From: Eledone cirrhosa | Lineage: Eukaryota | Length of the DNA: 64,000 bases | NCBI GenBank assembly: GCA_964016885.1 | Contig: OZ024748.1 | Coordinates: 40,052,001 to 40,116,000, forward strand | Direction of reading: 5' to 3' | Shown here: in pieces, positions 15,001 to 29,279 of the stretch | Numbering within the stretch: the stretch's first letter is position 1 | How the letters are laid out: each line of letters opens with the position of its first letter | Translations under genes and position numbers: made by a program | The notes under the pieces: generated by a model | Databases searched by the model: none | Told to the model about the DNA's origin: nothing | The model's input: only the letters and a program-made list of their open reading frames with translations

Positions 15001-18000
15001 ACTCTCTATGTCATTAACCCTTTCATTACCATATTTCTAATGAAAGTCACTGTCTATGTCATTAACCCTTTCATTAACATATTTCTAATGAAAGTCACTG
15101 TCTATGTCATTAACCCTTTCATTACCATATTTCTAATGAAAGTCACTGTCTATGTCATTAACCCTTTCATTACCATATTTCTAATGAAAGTCACTGTCTA
15201 TGTCATTAACCCTTTCATTTCCATAATTCTAATGAAAGTCACTGTCTATGTCATTAACCCTTTCATTACCATATTTCTAATGAAAGACACTGTCTATGTC
15301 ATTAACCCTTTCATTACCATATTTCTAATGAAAGTCACTGTCTATGTCATTAACCCTTTCATTACCATATTTCTAATGAAAGTCACTGTCTATGTCATTA
15401 ACCCTTTCATTACCATATTTCTAATGAAAGTCACTGTCTATTTCATTAACCCTTTCATTACCATATTTCTAATGAAAGACACTGTCTATGTCATTAACCA
15501 TTTCATTACCATATTTCTAATGAAAGTCACTGTCTATGTCATTAACCCTTTCATTACCATATTTCTAATGAAAGTCACTGTCTATTTCATTACCATATTT
15601 CTAATGAAAGACACTGTCTATGTCATTAACCCTTTCATTACAATATTTCTAATGAAAGTCACTGTCTATGTGATTAACCCTGTCATTGCCATATTTCTAA
15701 TGAAAGTCACTGTCTATGTCATTAATCCTTTCATTACCATATTTCTAATGAAAGTCACTGTCTATGTCATTAACCCTTTCATTACCATATTTCTAGTGAA
15801 AGACACTGTCTATGTCATTAACCCTTTCATTACCATATTTCTAATGAAAGTCACTGTCTATGTCATTAACCCTTTCATTACCATATTTCTAATGAAAGAT
15901 ACTGTCTATGTCATTAACCCTTTCATTACCATATTTCTAATGAAAGACACTGTCTATGTCATTAACCCTTTCATTACCATATTTCTAATGAAAGTCACTG
16001 TCTATGTCATTAACCCTTTCATTACCATATTTCTAATGAAAGTCACTGTCTATGTCATTAACCCTTTCATTACCATATTTCTAATGAAAGATACTGTCTA
16101 TGTCATTAACCCTTTCATTACCATATTTCTAATGAAAGTCACTGTCTATTTGATTAACCCTTTCATTACCATATTTCTAATGAAAGTCACTGTCTATGCA
16201 ATTAACCCTTTCATTAAGATATTTCTCACAAAAGCCACTGTTTATGTCATTGACCATTTCATTACCATATTTCTAATGAAAGACATTGTCTATGTCAATA
16301 ACACATTCATTACCATATTTCTAATGTAAGACACTGTCTGTCATTAACCCTGTCATTACTATATTTCTAATGAAAGACACTGCCTATGTCATTAACCCTT
16401 TCATTACCATATTTCTAATGAAAGACACTGTCTATGTCATTAACCCTTTATTATCATATTTCTAATGAAAGACACTGTCTATGTCATTAACCCTTTATTA
16501 TCATATTTCTAATGAAAGACACTGTCTATGTCATTAACCCTTTCTTTAACATATTTCTCACAAACAAAACTGCCTATGTCCATATTACCATATTTCTAAT
16601 TAAAGACACTGTCTATGTCATTAACTCTTTCATTACCATATTTCTAATGAAAGACACTGTCTATTTCATTAACCCTTTCATTACCATATTTCTAATGAAA
16701 GACACTGCCAATGTCATTAACTTTTTCATTACCATATTTCTGACACTCTCTATGTCATTAACCCTTTCATTATCATATTTCTAATAAAAGACACTGTTTA
16801 TGTCATTAACCCTGTCATTACCATATTTCTAATGAAAGACACTGTCTATGTCATTAACCCTGTCATTACCATGTTTCTAATGAAAGACACTGCCGATGTC
16901 ATTAACCCTTTCATTACCATATTTCTGACACTGTCTATTTCATTAACCCTTTCATTACCATATTTCTAATGAAAGACACTGTCTATGTCATTAACCCTTT
17001 CATTACCATATTTCTAATGAAAGTCACTGTCTATGTCATTAACCCTTTCATTAACATATTTCTAATGAAAGTCACAGTCTATGTCATTAACCCTTTCATT
17101 ACCATATTTCTAATGAAAGTCACTGTCTATGTCATTAACCCTTTCATTTCCATATTTCTAATGAAAGTCACTGTCTATGTCATTAACCATTTCATTACCA
17201 TATTTCTAATGAAAGACACTGTCTATGTCATTAACCCTTTCATTACCATATTTCTAATGAAAGTCACTGTCTATGTCATTAACCCTTTCATTACCATATT
17301 TCTAATGAAAGTCACTGTCTATGTCATTAACCCTTTCATTACCATATTTCTAATGAAAGTCACTGTCTATGTCATTAACCCTTTCATTTCCATAATTCTA
17401 ATGAAAGTCACTGTCTATGTCATTAACCCTTTCATTACCATATTTCTAATGAAAGACACTGTCTATGTCATTAACCCTTTCATTACCATATTTCTAATGA
17501 AAGTCACTGTCTATGTCATTAACCCTTTCATTACCATATTTCTAATGAAAGTCACTGTCTATGTCATTAACCCTTTCATTACCATATTTCTAATGAAAGT
17601 CACTGTCTATTTCATTAACCCTTTCATTACCATATTTCTAATGAAAGACACTGTCTATGTCATTAACCATTTCATTACCGTATTTCTAATGAAAGTCACT
17701 GTCTATGTCATTAACCCTTTCATTACCATATTTCTAATGAAAGTCACTGTCTATTTCATTACCATATTTCTAATGAAAGACACTGTCTATGTCATTAACC
17801 CTTTCATTACAATATTTCTAATGAAAGTCACTGTCTATGTGATTAACCCTGTCATTGCCATATTTCTAATGAAAGTCACTGTCTATGTCATTAATCCTTT
17901 CATTACCATATTTCTAATGAAAGTCACTGTCTATGTCATTAACCCTTTCATTACCATATTTCTAATGAAAGACACTGTCTATGTCATTAACCCTTTCATT

Positions 18001-21000
18001 ACCATATTTCTAATGAAAGTCACTGTCTATGTCATTAACCCTTTCATTACCATATTTCTAATGAAAGATACTGTCTCTGTCATTAACCCTTTCATTACCA
18101 TATTTCTAATGAAAGACACTGTCTATGTCATTAACCCTTTCATTACCATATTTCTAATGAAAGTCACTGTCTATGTCATTAACCCTTTCATTACCATATT
18201 TCTAATGAAAGTCACTGTCTATGTCATTAACCCTTTCATTACCATATTTCTAATGAAAGATACTGTCTATGTCATTAACCCTTTCATTACCATATTTCTA
18301 ATGAAAGTCACTGTCTATTTGATTAACCCTTTCATTACCATATTTCTAATGAAAGTCACTGTCTATGCAATTAACCCTTTCATTAAGATATTTCTCACAA
18401 AAGCCACTGTTTATGTCATTGACCATTTCATTACCATATTTCTAATGAAAGACATTGTCTATGTCAATAACACATTCATTACCATATTTCTAATGTAAGA
18501 CACTGTCTGTCATTAACCCTGTCATTACTATATTTCTAATGAAAGACACTGCCTATGTCATTAACCCTTTCATTACCATATTTCTAATGAAAGACACTGT
18601 CTATGTCATTAACCCTTTATTATCATATTTCTAATGAAAGACACTGTCTATGTCATTAACCCTTTATTATCATATTTCTAATGAAAGACACTGTCTATGT
18701 CATTAACCCTTTCTTTAACATATTTCTCACAAACAAAACTGCCTATGTCCATATTACCATATTTCTAATTAAAGACACTGTCTATGTCATTAACTCTTTC
18801 ATTACCATATTTCTAATGAAAGACACTGTCTATTTCATTAACCCTTTCATTACCATATTTCTAATGAAAGACACTGCCAATGTCATTAACTTTTTCATTA
18901 CCATATTTCTGACACTCTCTATGTCATTAACCCTTTCATTATCATATTTCTAATAAAAGACACTGTTTATGTCATTAACCCTGTCATTACCATATTTCTA
19001 ATGAAAGACACTGTCTATGTCATTAACCCTGTCATTACCATGTTTCTAATGAAAGACACTGCCGATGTCATTAACCCTTTCATTACCATATTTCTGACAC
19101 TGTCTATTTCATTAACCCTTTCATTACCATATTTCTAATGAAAGACACTGTCTATGTCATTAACCCTTTCATTACCATATTTCTAATGAAAGTCACTGTC
19201 TATGTCATTAACCCTTTCATTAACATATTTCTAATGAAAGTCACAGTCTATGTCATTAACCCTTTCATTACCATATTTCTAATGAAAGTCACTGTCTATG
19301 TCATTAACCCTTTCATTTCCATATTTCTAATGAAAGTCACTGTCTATGTCATTAACCCTTTCATTACCATATTTCTAATGAAAGACACTGTCTATGTCAT
19401 TAACCCTTTCATTACCATATTTCTAATGAAAGTCACTGTCTATGTCATTAACCCTTTCATTACCATATTTCTAATGAAAGTCACTGTCTATGTCATTAAC
19501 CCTTTCATTACCATATTTCTAATGAAAGTCACTGTCTATTTCATTAACCCTTTCATTACCATATTTCTAATGAAAGACACTGTCTATGTCATTAACCATT
19601 TCATTACCATATTTCTAATGAAAGTCACTGTCTATGTCATTAAACCTTTCATTAACATATTTCTAATGAAAGTCACTGTCTATTTCATTAACCCTTTCAT
19701 TACCATATTTCTAATGAAAGACACTGTCTATGTCATTAACCCTTTCATTACAATATTTCTAATGAAAATCACTGTCTATGTGATAAACCCTGTCATTACC
19801 ATATTTCTAATGAAAGTCACTGTCTATGTCATTAATCCTTTCATTACCATATTTCTAATGGAAGTCACTGTCTATGTCATTAACCCTTTCATTACCATAT
19901 TTCTAATGAAAGACACTGTCTATGTCATTAACCCTTTCATTACCATATTTCTAATGAAAGTCACTGTCTATGTCATTAAGCTTTCATTACCATATTTCTA
20001 ATGAAAGTCACTGTCTATGTCATTAACCCTTTCATTATCATATTTCTAATGAAAGTCACTGTCTATGTCATTAACCCTTTCATTACCATATTTCTAATGA
20101 AAGATACTGTCTATGTCATTAACCCTTTCATTACCATATTTCTAATGAAAGTCACTGTCTATTTGATTAACCCTTTCATTACCATATTTCTAATGAAAGT
20201 CACTGTCTATGTCATTAACCCTTTCATTACCATATTTCTAATGAAAGACACTGTCTATGTCATTAACCCTTTCATTACCATATTTCTAATGAAAGACACT
20301 GTCTATGTCATTAACCCTTTCATTACCATATTTCTAATAAAAGTCACTGTCTATATCATTAACCCTTTCATTACCATATTTCTAATGAAAGACACTGTCT
20401 ATATCATTAACCCTTTCATTACCATATTTCTAATGAAAGACACTGTCTATGCAATTAACCCTTTCATTAACATATTTCTCACAAAAGCCACTGTTTATGT
20501 CATTGACCATTTCATTACCATATTTCTAATGAAAGACATTGTCTATGTCAATAACACATTCATTACCATATTTCTAATGTAAGACACTGTCTGTCATTAA
20601 CCCTGTCATTACTATATTTCTAATGAAAGACACTGCCTATGTCATTAACCCTTTCATTACCATATTTCTAATGAAAGACACTGTCTATGTCATTAACCCT
20701 TTATTATCATATTTCTAATGAAAGACACTGTCTATGTCATTAACCCTTTATTATCATATTTCTAATGAAAGACACTGTCTATGTCATTAACCCTTTCATT
20801 AACATATTTCTCACAAACAAAACTGCCTATGTCCATATTACCATATTTCTAATTAAAGACACTGTCTATGTCATTAACTCTTTCATTACCATATTTCTAA
20901 TGAAAGACACTGTCTATTTCATTAACCCTTTCATTACCATATTTCTAATGAAAGACACTGCCAATGTCATTAACTTTTTCATTACCATATTTCTGACACT

Positions 21001-24000
21001 CTCTATGTCATTAACCCTTTCATTATCATATTTCTAATAAAAGACACTGTTTATGTCATTAACCCTGTCATTACCATATTTCTAATGAAAGACACTGTCT
21101 ATGTCATTAACCCTGTCATTACCATGTTTCTAATGAAAGACACTGCCGATGTCATTAACCCTTTCATTACCATATTTCTGACACTGTCTATTTCATTAAC
21201 CCTTTCATTACCATATTTCTAATGAAAGACACTGTCTATTTCATTAACCCTTTCATTACCATATTTCTAATGAAAGTCACTGTCTATTTCATTAACCCTT
21301 TCATTACCATATTTCTAAAGAAAGACACTCTCTATTTCATTAACCCTTTCATTACCATATTTCTAATGAAAGACACTGTCTATGTCAATAACACTTTCAT
21401 TACCATATTTCTAATGAAAGTCACTATCTATTTCATTAACCCTTTCATTACCATATTTCTAAAGAAAGACACTGTCTATTTCATTAACCCTTTCATTACC
21501 ATATTTCTAATGAAAGACACTGTCTATTTCATTAACCCTTTCATTACCATATTTCTAAAGAAAGTCACTGTCTATTTCATTAACCCTTTCATTACCATAT
21601 TTCTAAAGAAAGACACTGTCTATTTCATTAACCCTTTCATTACCATATTTCTAATGAAAGTCACTGTCTATTTCATTAACCCTTTCATTACCATATTTCT
21701 AAAGAAAGACACTGTCTATTTCATTAACCCTTTCATTTCCATATTTCTAATGAAAGTCACTGTCTATGTCATTAACCCTTTCATTACCATATTTCTAATG
21801 AAAGACACTGTCTATGTCATTAACCCTTTCATTACCATATTTCTAATGAAAGTCACTGTCTATGTCATTAACCCTTTCATTACCATATTTCTAATGAAAG
21901 TCACTGTCTATGTCATTAACCCTTTCATTTCCATATTTCTAATGAAAGTCACTGTCTATGTCATTAACCCTTTCATTACCATATTTCTAATGAAAGACAC
22001 TGTCTATGTCATTAACCCTTTCATTACCATATTTCTAATGAAAACACTGTCTATGTCATTAACCCTTTCATTACCATATTTCTAATGAAAGTCACAGTCT
22101 ATGTCATTAACCCTTTCATTACCATATTTCTAATGAAAGTCACAGTCTATGTCATTAACCCTTTCATTACCATATTTCTAATGAAAGTCACTGTCTATGT
22201 CATTAACCCTTTCATTACCATATTTCTAATGAAAGTCACTGTGTATTTCATTAACCCTTTCATTACCATATTTCTAATGAAAGTCACTGTCTATTTCATT
22301 AACCCTTTCATTACCATATTTCTAATGAAAGACACTGTCTATGTCATTAACCATTTCATTACCATATTTCTAATGAAAGTCACTGTCTATGTCATTAAAC
22401 CTTTCATTAACATATTTCTAATGAAAGTCACTGTCTATTTCATTAACCCTTTCATTACCATATTTCTAATGAAAGACACTGTCTATGTCATTAACCCTTT
22501 CATTACAATATTTCTAATGAAAGTCACTGTCTATGTGATTAACCCTGTCATTACCATATTTCTAATGAAAGTCACTGTCTATGTCATTAAACCTTTCATT
22601 AACATATTTCTAATGAAAGTCACTGTCTATTTCATTAACCCTTTCATTACCATATTTCTAATGAAAGACACTGTCTATGTCATTAACCCTTTCATTACAA
22701 TATTTCTAATGAAAGTCACTGTCTATGTGATTAACCCTGTCATTACCATATTTCTAATGAAAGTCACTGTCTATGTCATTAACCCTTTCATTACAATATT
22801 TCTAATGAAAGTCACTGTCTATGTGATTAACCCTTTCATTACCATATTTCTAATGAAAGTCACTGTCTATGTCATTAATCCTTTCATTACCATATTTCTA
22901 ATGGAAGTCACTGTCTATGTCATTAACCCTTTCATTACCATATTTCTAATGAAAGACACTGTCTATGTCATTAACCCTTTCATTACCATATTTCTAATGA
23001 AAGTCACTGTCTATGTCATTAAGCTTTCATTACCATATTTCTAATGAAAGTCACTGTCTATGTCATTAACCCTTTCATTACCATATGTCTAATGAAAGTC
23101 ACTGTCTATGTCATTAACCCTTTCATTACCATATTTCTAATGAAAGATACTGTCTATGTCATTAACCCTTTCATTACCATATTTCTAATGAAAGTCACTG
23201 TCTATTTGATTAACCCTTTCATTACCATATTTCTAATGAAAGTCACTCTCTATGTCATTAACCCTTTCATTACCATATTTCTAATGAAAGACACTGTCTA
23301 TGTCATTAACCCTTTCATTACCATATTTCTAATGAAAGACACTGTCTATGTCATTAACCCTTTCATTACCATATTTTTAATAAAAGTCACTGTCTATATC
23401 ATTAACTCTTTCATTACCATATTTCTAATGAAAGACACTGTCTATATCATTAAACCTTTCATTACCATATTTCTAATGAAAGACACTGTCTATGCAATTA
23501 ACCCTTTCATTAACATATTTCTCACAAAAGCCACTGTTTATGTCATTGACCATTTCATTACCATATTTCTAATGAAAGACATTGTCTATGTCAATAACAC
23601 ATTCATTACCATATTTCTAATGTAAGACACTGTCTGTCATTAACCCTGTCATTACTATATTTCTAATGAAAGACACTGCCTATGTCATTAACCCTTTCAT
23701 TACCATATTTCTAATGAAAGACACTGTCTATGTCATTAACCCTTTATTATCATATTTCTAATGAAAGACACTGTCTATGTCATTAACCCTTTATTATCAT
23801 ATTTCTAATGAAAGACACTGTCTATGTCATTAACCCTTTCATTAACATATTTCTCACAAACAAAACTGCCTATGTCCATATTACCATATTTCTAATTAAA
23901 GACACTGTCTATGTCATTAACTCTTTCATTACCATATTTCTAATGAAAGACACTGTCTATTTCATTAACCCTTTCATTACCATATTTCTAATGAAAGACA

Positions 24001-27000
24001 CTGCCAATGTCATTAACTTTTTCATTACCATATTTCTGACACTGTCTATTTCATTAACCCTTTCATTACCATATTTCTAATGAAAGACACTGTCTATTTC
24101 ATTAACCCTTTCATTACCATATTTCTAATGAAAGTCACTGTCTATTTCATTAACCCTTTCATTACCATATTTCTAATGAAAGACACTCTCTATGTCATTA
24201 ACCCTTTCATTACCATATTTCTAATGAAAGTCACTGTCTATGTCATTAACCCTTTCATTAACATATTTCTAATGAAAGTCACTGTCTATGTCATTAACCC
24301 TTTCATTACCATATTTCTAATGAAAGTCACTGTCTATGTCATTAACCCTTTCATTTCCATATTTCTAATGAAAGTCACTGTCTATGTCATTAACCCTTTC
24401 ATTACCATATTTCTAATGAAAGACACTGTCTATGTCATTAACCCTTTCATTACCATATTTCTAATGAAAGTCACTGTCTATGTCATTAACCCTTTCATTA
24501 CCATATTTCTAATGAAAGTCACTGTCTATGTCATTAACCCTTTCATTACCATATTTCTAATGAAAGTCACTGTCTATTTCATTAACCCTTTCATTACCAT
24601 ATTTCTAATGAAAGACACTGTCTATGTCATTAACCATTTCATTACCATATTTCTAATGAAAGTCACTGTCTATGTCATTAAACCTTTCATTAACATATTT
24701 CTAATGAAAGTCACTGTCTATTTCATTAACCCTTTCATTACCATATTTCTAATGAAAGACACTGTCTATGTCATTAACCCTTTCATTACAATATTTCTAA
24801 TGAAAGTCACTGTCTATGTGATTAACCCTGTCATTACCATATTTCTAATGAAAGTCACTGTCTATGTCATTAATCCTTTCATTACCATATTTCTAATGAA
24901 AGTCACTGTCTATGTCATTAACCCTTTCATTACCATATTTCTAATGAAAGTCACTGTCTATGTCATTAACCCTTTCATTACCATATTTCTAATGAAAGTC
25001 ACTGTCTATGTCATTAACCCTTTCATTACCATATTTCTAATGAAAGACACTGTCTATGTCATTAACCCTTTCATTACCATATTTCTAATGAAAGTCACTG
25101 TCTATGTGATTAACCCTGTCATTACCATATTTCTAATGAAAGACACTGTCTATGTCATTAACCCTTTCATTACCATATTTCTAATGAAAGTCACTGTCTA
25201 TGTCATTAACCCTTTCATTACCATATTTCTAATAAAAGTCACTGTCTATATCATTAACCCTTTCATTACCATATTTCTATTGTAAGACACTGTCTATATC
25301 GTTAACCCTTTCATTACCATCTTTCTAATGAAAGACACTGTCTATGCAATTAACCCTGTCATTAACATATTTCTCACAAAAGCCACTGTTTATGTCATTG
25401 ACCATTTCATTACCATATTTCTAATGAAAGACATTGTCTATGTCAATAACACATTCATTACCATATTTCTAATGAAAGACACTGCCTATGTCATTAACAC
25501 TTTCATTACCATATTTCTAATGTAAGACACTGTCTGTCATTAACCCTGTCATTACTATATTTCTAATGAAAGACACTGCCTATGTCATTAACCCTTTCAT
25601 TACCATATTTCTAATGAAAGACACTGTCTATGTCATTAACCCTTTATTATCATATTTCTAATGAAAGACACTGTCTATGTCATTAACCCTTTATTATCAT
25701 ATTTCTAATGAAAGACACTGTCTATGTCATTAACTCTTTCATTACCATATTTCTAATGAAAGACACTGTCTATGTCATTAACCCTGTCATTACCATATTT
25801 CTAATGAAAGACACTGCCAAAGTCATTAACTCTTTCATTACCACATTTCTGACACTGTCTATGTCATTAACCCTTTCATTACCATATTTCTAATAAAAGA
25901 CACTGTTTATGTCATTAACCCTATCATTACCATATTCCTAATGAAAGACACTGTCTATGTCATTAACCCTGTCATTACCATATTTCTAATGAAAGACTGC
26001 CGTTGTCATTAATCCTTTCATTACCATATTTCTAATGAAAGACACTGTCTATGTCATTAACCCTTTCATTACCATATTTCTAATGAAAGACACTGACTAC
26101 GTCATTAACCCTTTCATTACCATATTTCTAATGAAAGACACTGTCTATGTCATTAACCCTTTCATTACCATATTTCTAATGAAAGACACTGACTATGTCA
26201 TTAACCCTTTCATTACCATATTTCTAATGAAAGACACTGTCTATGTCATTAACCCTTTCATTACAATATTTCTAATGAAAGTCACTGTCTATGTCATTAA
26301 CGCTTTCATTACCATATTTCTAATGAAAGTCACTGTCTATGTCATTAACCCTTTCATTACCATATTTTTAATGAAAGTCACTGTCTATGTCAATAACCCT
26401 TTCATTACCATATTTCTAATGAAAGACACTGTCTATGTCATTAACCCTTTCATTACCATATTTCTAATAAAAGTCACTGTCTATATCATTAACCCTTTCA
26501 TTACCATATTTCTAATGAAAGACACTGTCTATATCATTAACCCTTTCATTACCATATTTCTAATGAAAGACACTGTCTATGCAATTAACCCTTTCATTAC
26601 CATATTTCTCACAAAAGCCACTGTTTATGTCATTGACCACTTCATTACCATATTTCTAATGAAAGACATTGTCTATGTCAATAACACATTCATTACCATA
26701 TTTCTAATGAAAGACACTGCCTATGTCATTAACACTTTCATTACCATATTTCTAATGTAAGACACTGTCTGTCATTAACCCTGTCATTACTATATTTCTA
26801 ATGAAAGACACTGCCTATGTCATTAACCCTTTCATTACCATATTTCTAATGAAAGACGCTGTCTATGTCATTAACCCTTTATTATCATATTTCTAATGAA
26901 AGACACTGTCTATGTCATTAACCCTTTCATTACCATATTTCTAATGAAAGACACTGTCTATGTCATTAACCCTTTCATTACCATATTTCTAATGAAAGAC

Positions 27001-27974
27001 ACTGACTATGTCATTAACCCCTTCATTACCATATTACTAATGAAAGACTCTGACTATGTCATTAACCCTTTCATTACCATATTTCTAATGAAAGACACTG
27101 TCTATGTCATTAACCCTTTCATTACCATATTTCTAATGAAAGACACTGACTACGTCATTAACCCTTTCATTACCATATTTCTAATGAAAGACACTGACTA
27201 TGTCATTAACCCTTTCATTACCGTATTTCTAATGAAAGACACTGTCTATGTCATTAACCCTTTATTATCATATTTCTAATGAAAGACACTGTCTATGTCA
27301 TTAACTCTTTCATTACCATATTTCTAATGAAAGACACTGTCTATGTCATTAACCCTGTCATTACCATATTTCTAAGAAGGACACTGCCAATGTCATTAAC
27401 CCTTTCATTACCATATTTCTGACACTGTCTATGTCATTAACCCTTTCATTACCATATTTCTAATAAAAGACACTGTTTATGTCATTAACCCTATCATTAC
27501 CATATTTCTAATGAAAGACACTGTCTATGTCATTAACCCTGTCATTACCATATTTCTAATGAAAGACACTGCCGATGTCATTATCCCTTTCATTACCATA
27601 TTTCTAATGAAAGACACTGTCTATGTCATTAACCCTTTCATTACCATATTTCTAATGAAAGACACTGTCTATGTCATTAACCCTGTCATTACCATATTTC
27701 TAAGAAGGACACTGCCAATGTCATTAACCCTTTCATTACCATATTTCTGACACTGTCTATGTCATTAACCCTTTCATTACCATATTTCTAATAAAAGACA
27801 CTGTTTATGTCATTAACCCTATCATTACCATATTTCTAATGAAAGACACTGTCTATGTCATTAACCCTGTCATTACCATATTTCTAATGAAAGACACTGC
27901 CGATGTCATTATCCCTTTCATTACCATATTTCTAATGAAAGACACTGTCTATGTCATTAACCCTTTCATTACCA
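1..27974. repeat. 48-bp tandem satellite (roughly 580-590 monomers) with higher-order structure; continues off the left edge
   Basis: Consensus TTAACCCTTTCATTACCATATTTCTAATGAAAGACACTGTCTATGTCA repeated head-to-tail, with variant and shortened monomers recurring in fixed order. Ends abruptly at ...ccctttcattacca (27974). Confidence 0.99.
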
Positions 27975-28072
27975 AATATACCAATAATAATAATCTATAC
28001 TATAAAAGAGAAGCTGTTTGTCCGTCACAACATATAGGTAGAAGTGAAATGAGAAGAAGTGGATTGTTGTTG

Positions 28073-28108
<36 letters not shown>

Positions 28109-28349
28109 CAGAGAGAAAGAATATGTGAAATAAAGATAAATAGTTTAAAGTGTAATTCAAGGATTATGATGAGAATAAATTAACATATTTCAATATCTTT
28201 CTTTAGGAAATATTTTCTCTCGCGTTTATTTGCTTAATAATATTCAAAGTGTTATTAAAGTTCAGCAAGAAAGTCAATCTATTATTTGAACAATTTATAA
28301 AGGTAAGTACATGATGATTAACAAATACTTTTACTGGCAGTGTAGCAAC

Positions 28350-28510
28350 AATATAATAATAACAGCAATTTTGGAGGAGGGGAAAGTTGACTAAATCTAC
28401 CCCAGTGTGTTACTGGTACTTTATTTTATCGACCCTGTAAGGATGAAAGGCAAAGCTAACCTTGGCAGGATTTGAACTCAGAACATAAAGGGCCGTAACT
28501 CTATGTCGCG
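28350..28510 (-). mobile_element. tRNA-derived SINE, 5'-truncated (same family as 35547, 62145, 63385, 63590)
   Basis: Reverse complement reads GAGTTCAAATCC (B box)...GCCTTTCATCCTTACAGGGTCGATAAAATAAAGTACCAGT, shared with the other copies in the window; (ATT)n-like tail. Confidence 0.8.
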
Positions 28511-28526
28511 AATACTTATATACATA

Positions 28527-28559
<33 letters not shown>

Positions 28560-28977
28560 TACGTAGTACTTACTGTGGCATAGGGCTATCTTCACACTCC
28601 ATTCTATCAGTGTCATTCTGATAAATGTTTTCGTCCATTCTAAATTGTGAGATAAAGCATCGAGATTAGATTCAAGTTACTATAGGAAGAATTAAACTGT
28701 CTAAAAGTTGCTTCAAATGTATTGAAACTACCTTGGCCAGAAAATAACGCACAACATATATAGAAATAATTCTTTTACTGATTCCGGTAACTGCAGCCAT
28801 GAAATATACTTAATCATATCAACTCCAGTACTAATCTTTAGTCAACCATAACACCAATCTATACAATTAGAAATATACCCATTTGAAACTTGTCCCAATT
28901 TACCTGTCACACCCTGTGTGTAGTGAGAGAGAGAAATTGCTGTATATGTGTTTACTCATCTCTTAATGAGCAAAGAG

Positions 28978-29105
28978 AGATCGATAAAATATGTTACTTG
29001 ACTTAAAACTAAGTACTGGGATCAATATGATTGACTTAACATTTCTAGGTTGTGCCCCAGTATGACCAGTTTCATGGCCGAAAGCAAGAATAATGAAATA
29101 AGAAA
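28978..29105 (+). mobile_element. Degenerate SINE 3' portion
   Basis: GATCGATAAAATA...AGTACTGGGATCAAT...GACTTAAC loosely resembles the central and 3' part of the SINE family above. Confidence 0.35.
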
Positions 29106-29124
29106 TAAAATACATTTTCCTTAC

Positions 29125-29188
29125 CCAGGTACGCTATCAATAAGGGTATTTGGTACATAGCCATGCAGCATCATCTGTCCATTGTCCT
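29125..29188 (-). CDS. Candidate 64-nt internal exon of an unidentified host gene
   Basis: Minus strand: acceptor TTTTTTTTCTTGTGTTTCTTCAG| and donor GG|GTAAGG. One frame is open: (x)DNGQMMLHGYVPNTLIDSVP(G). No homology recognised. Confidence 0.4.
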
Positions 29189-29279
29189 CTGAAGAAACAC
29201 AAGAAAAAAAAATTAATTAATGAAGAGTTTTGAGTTATTTACTAAAATTATTAATTATTTCATTACTAAGACAGTAACG

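Noticed and set aside
1-27974. CRISPR-like regular repeats
   Set aside because: No unique spacers, no cas genes, and the context is eukaryotic.
43-28183. Dozens of hydrophobic ORFs (MKDTVYVINPFITIFL)n up to 509 aa with TAATG stop-start overlaps
   Set aside because: Artefact of a 48-bp (multiple of 3) monomer with one stop-free frame; frequent frameshifting indels show no selection for coding.
28255-28310. Plus-strand AAG|GTAAGT donor suggesting an exon
   Set aside because: No convincing acceptor and an AT-rich uninformative peptide.
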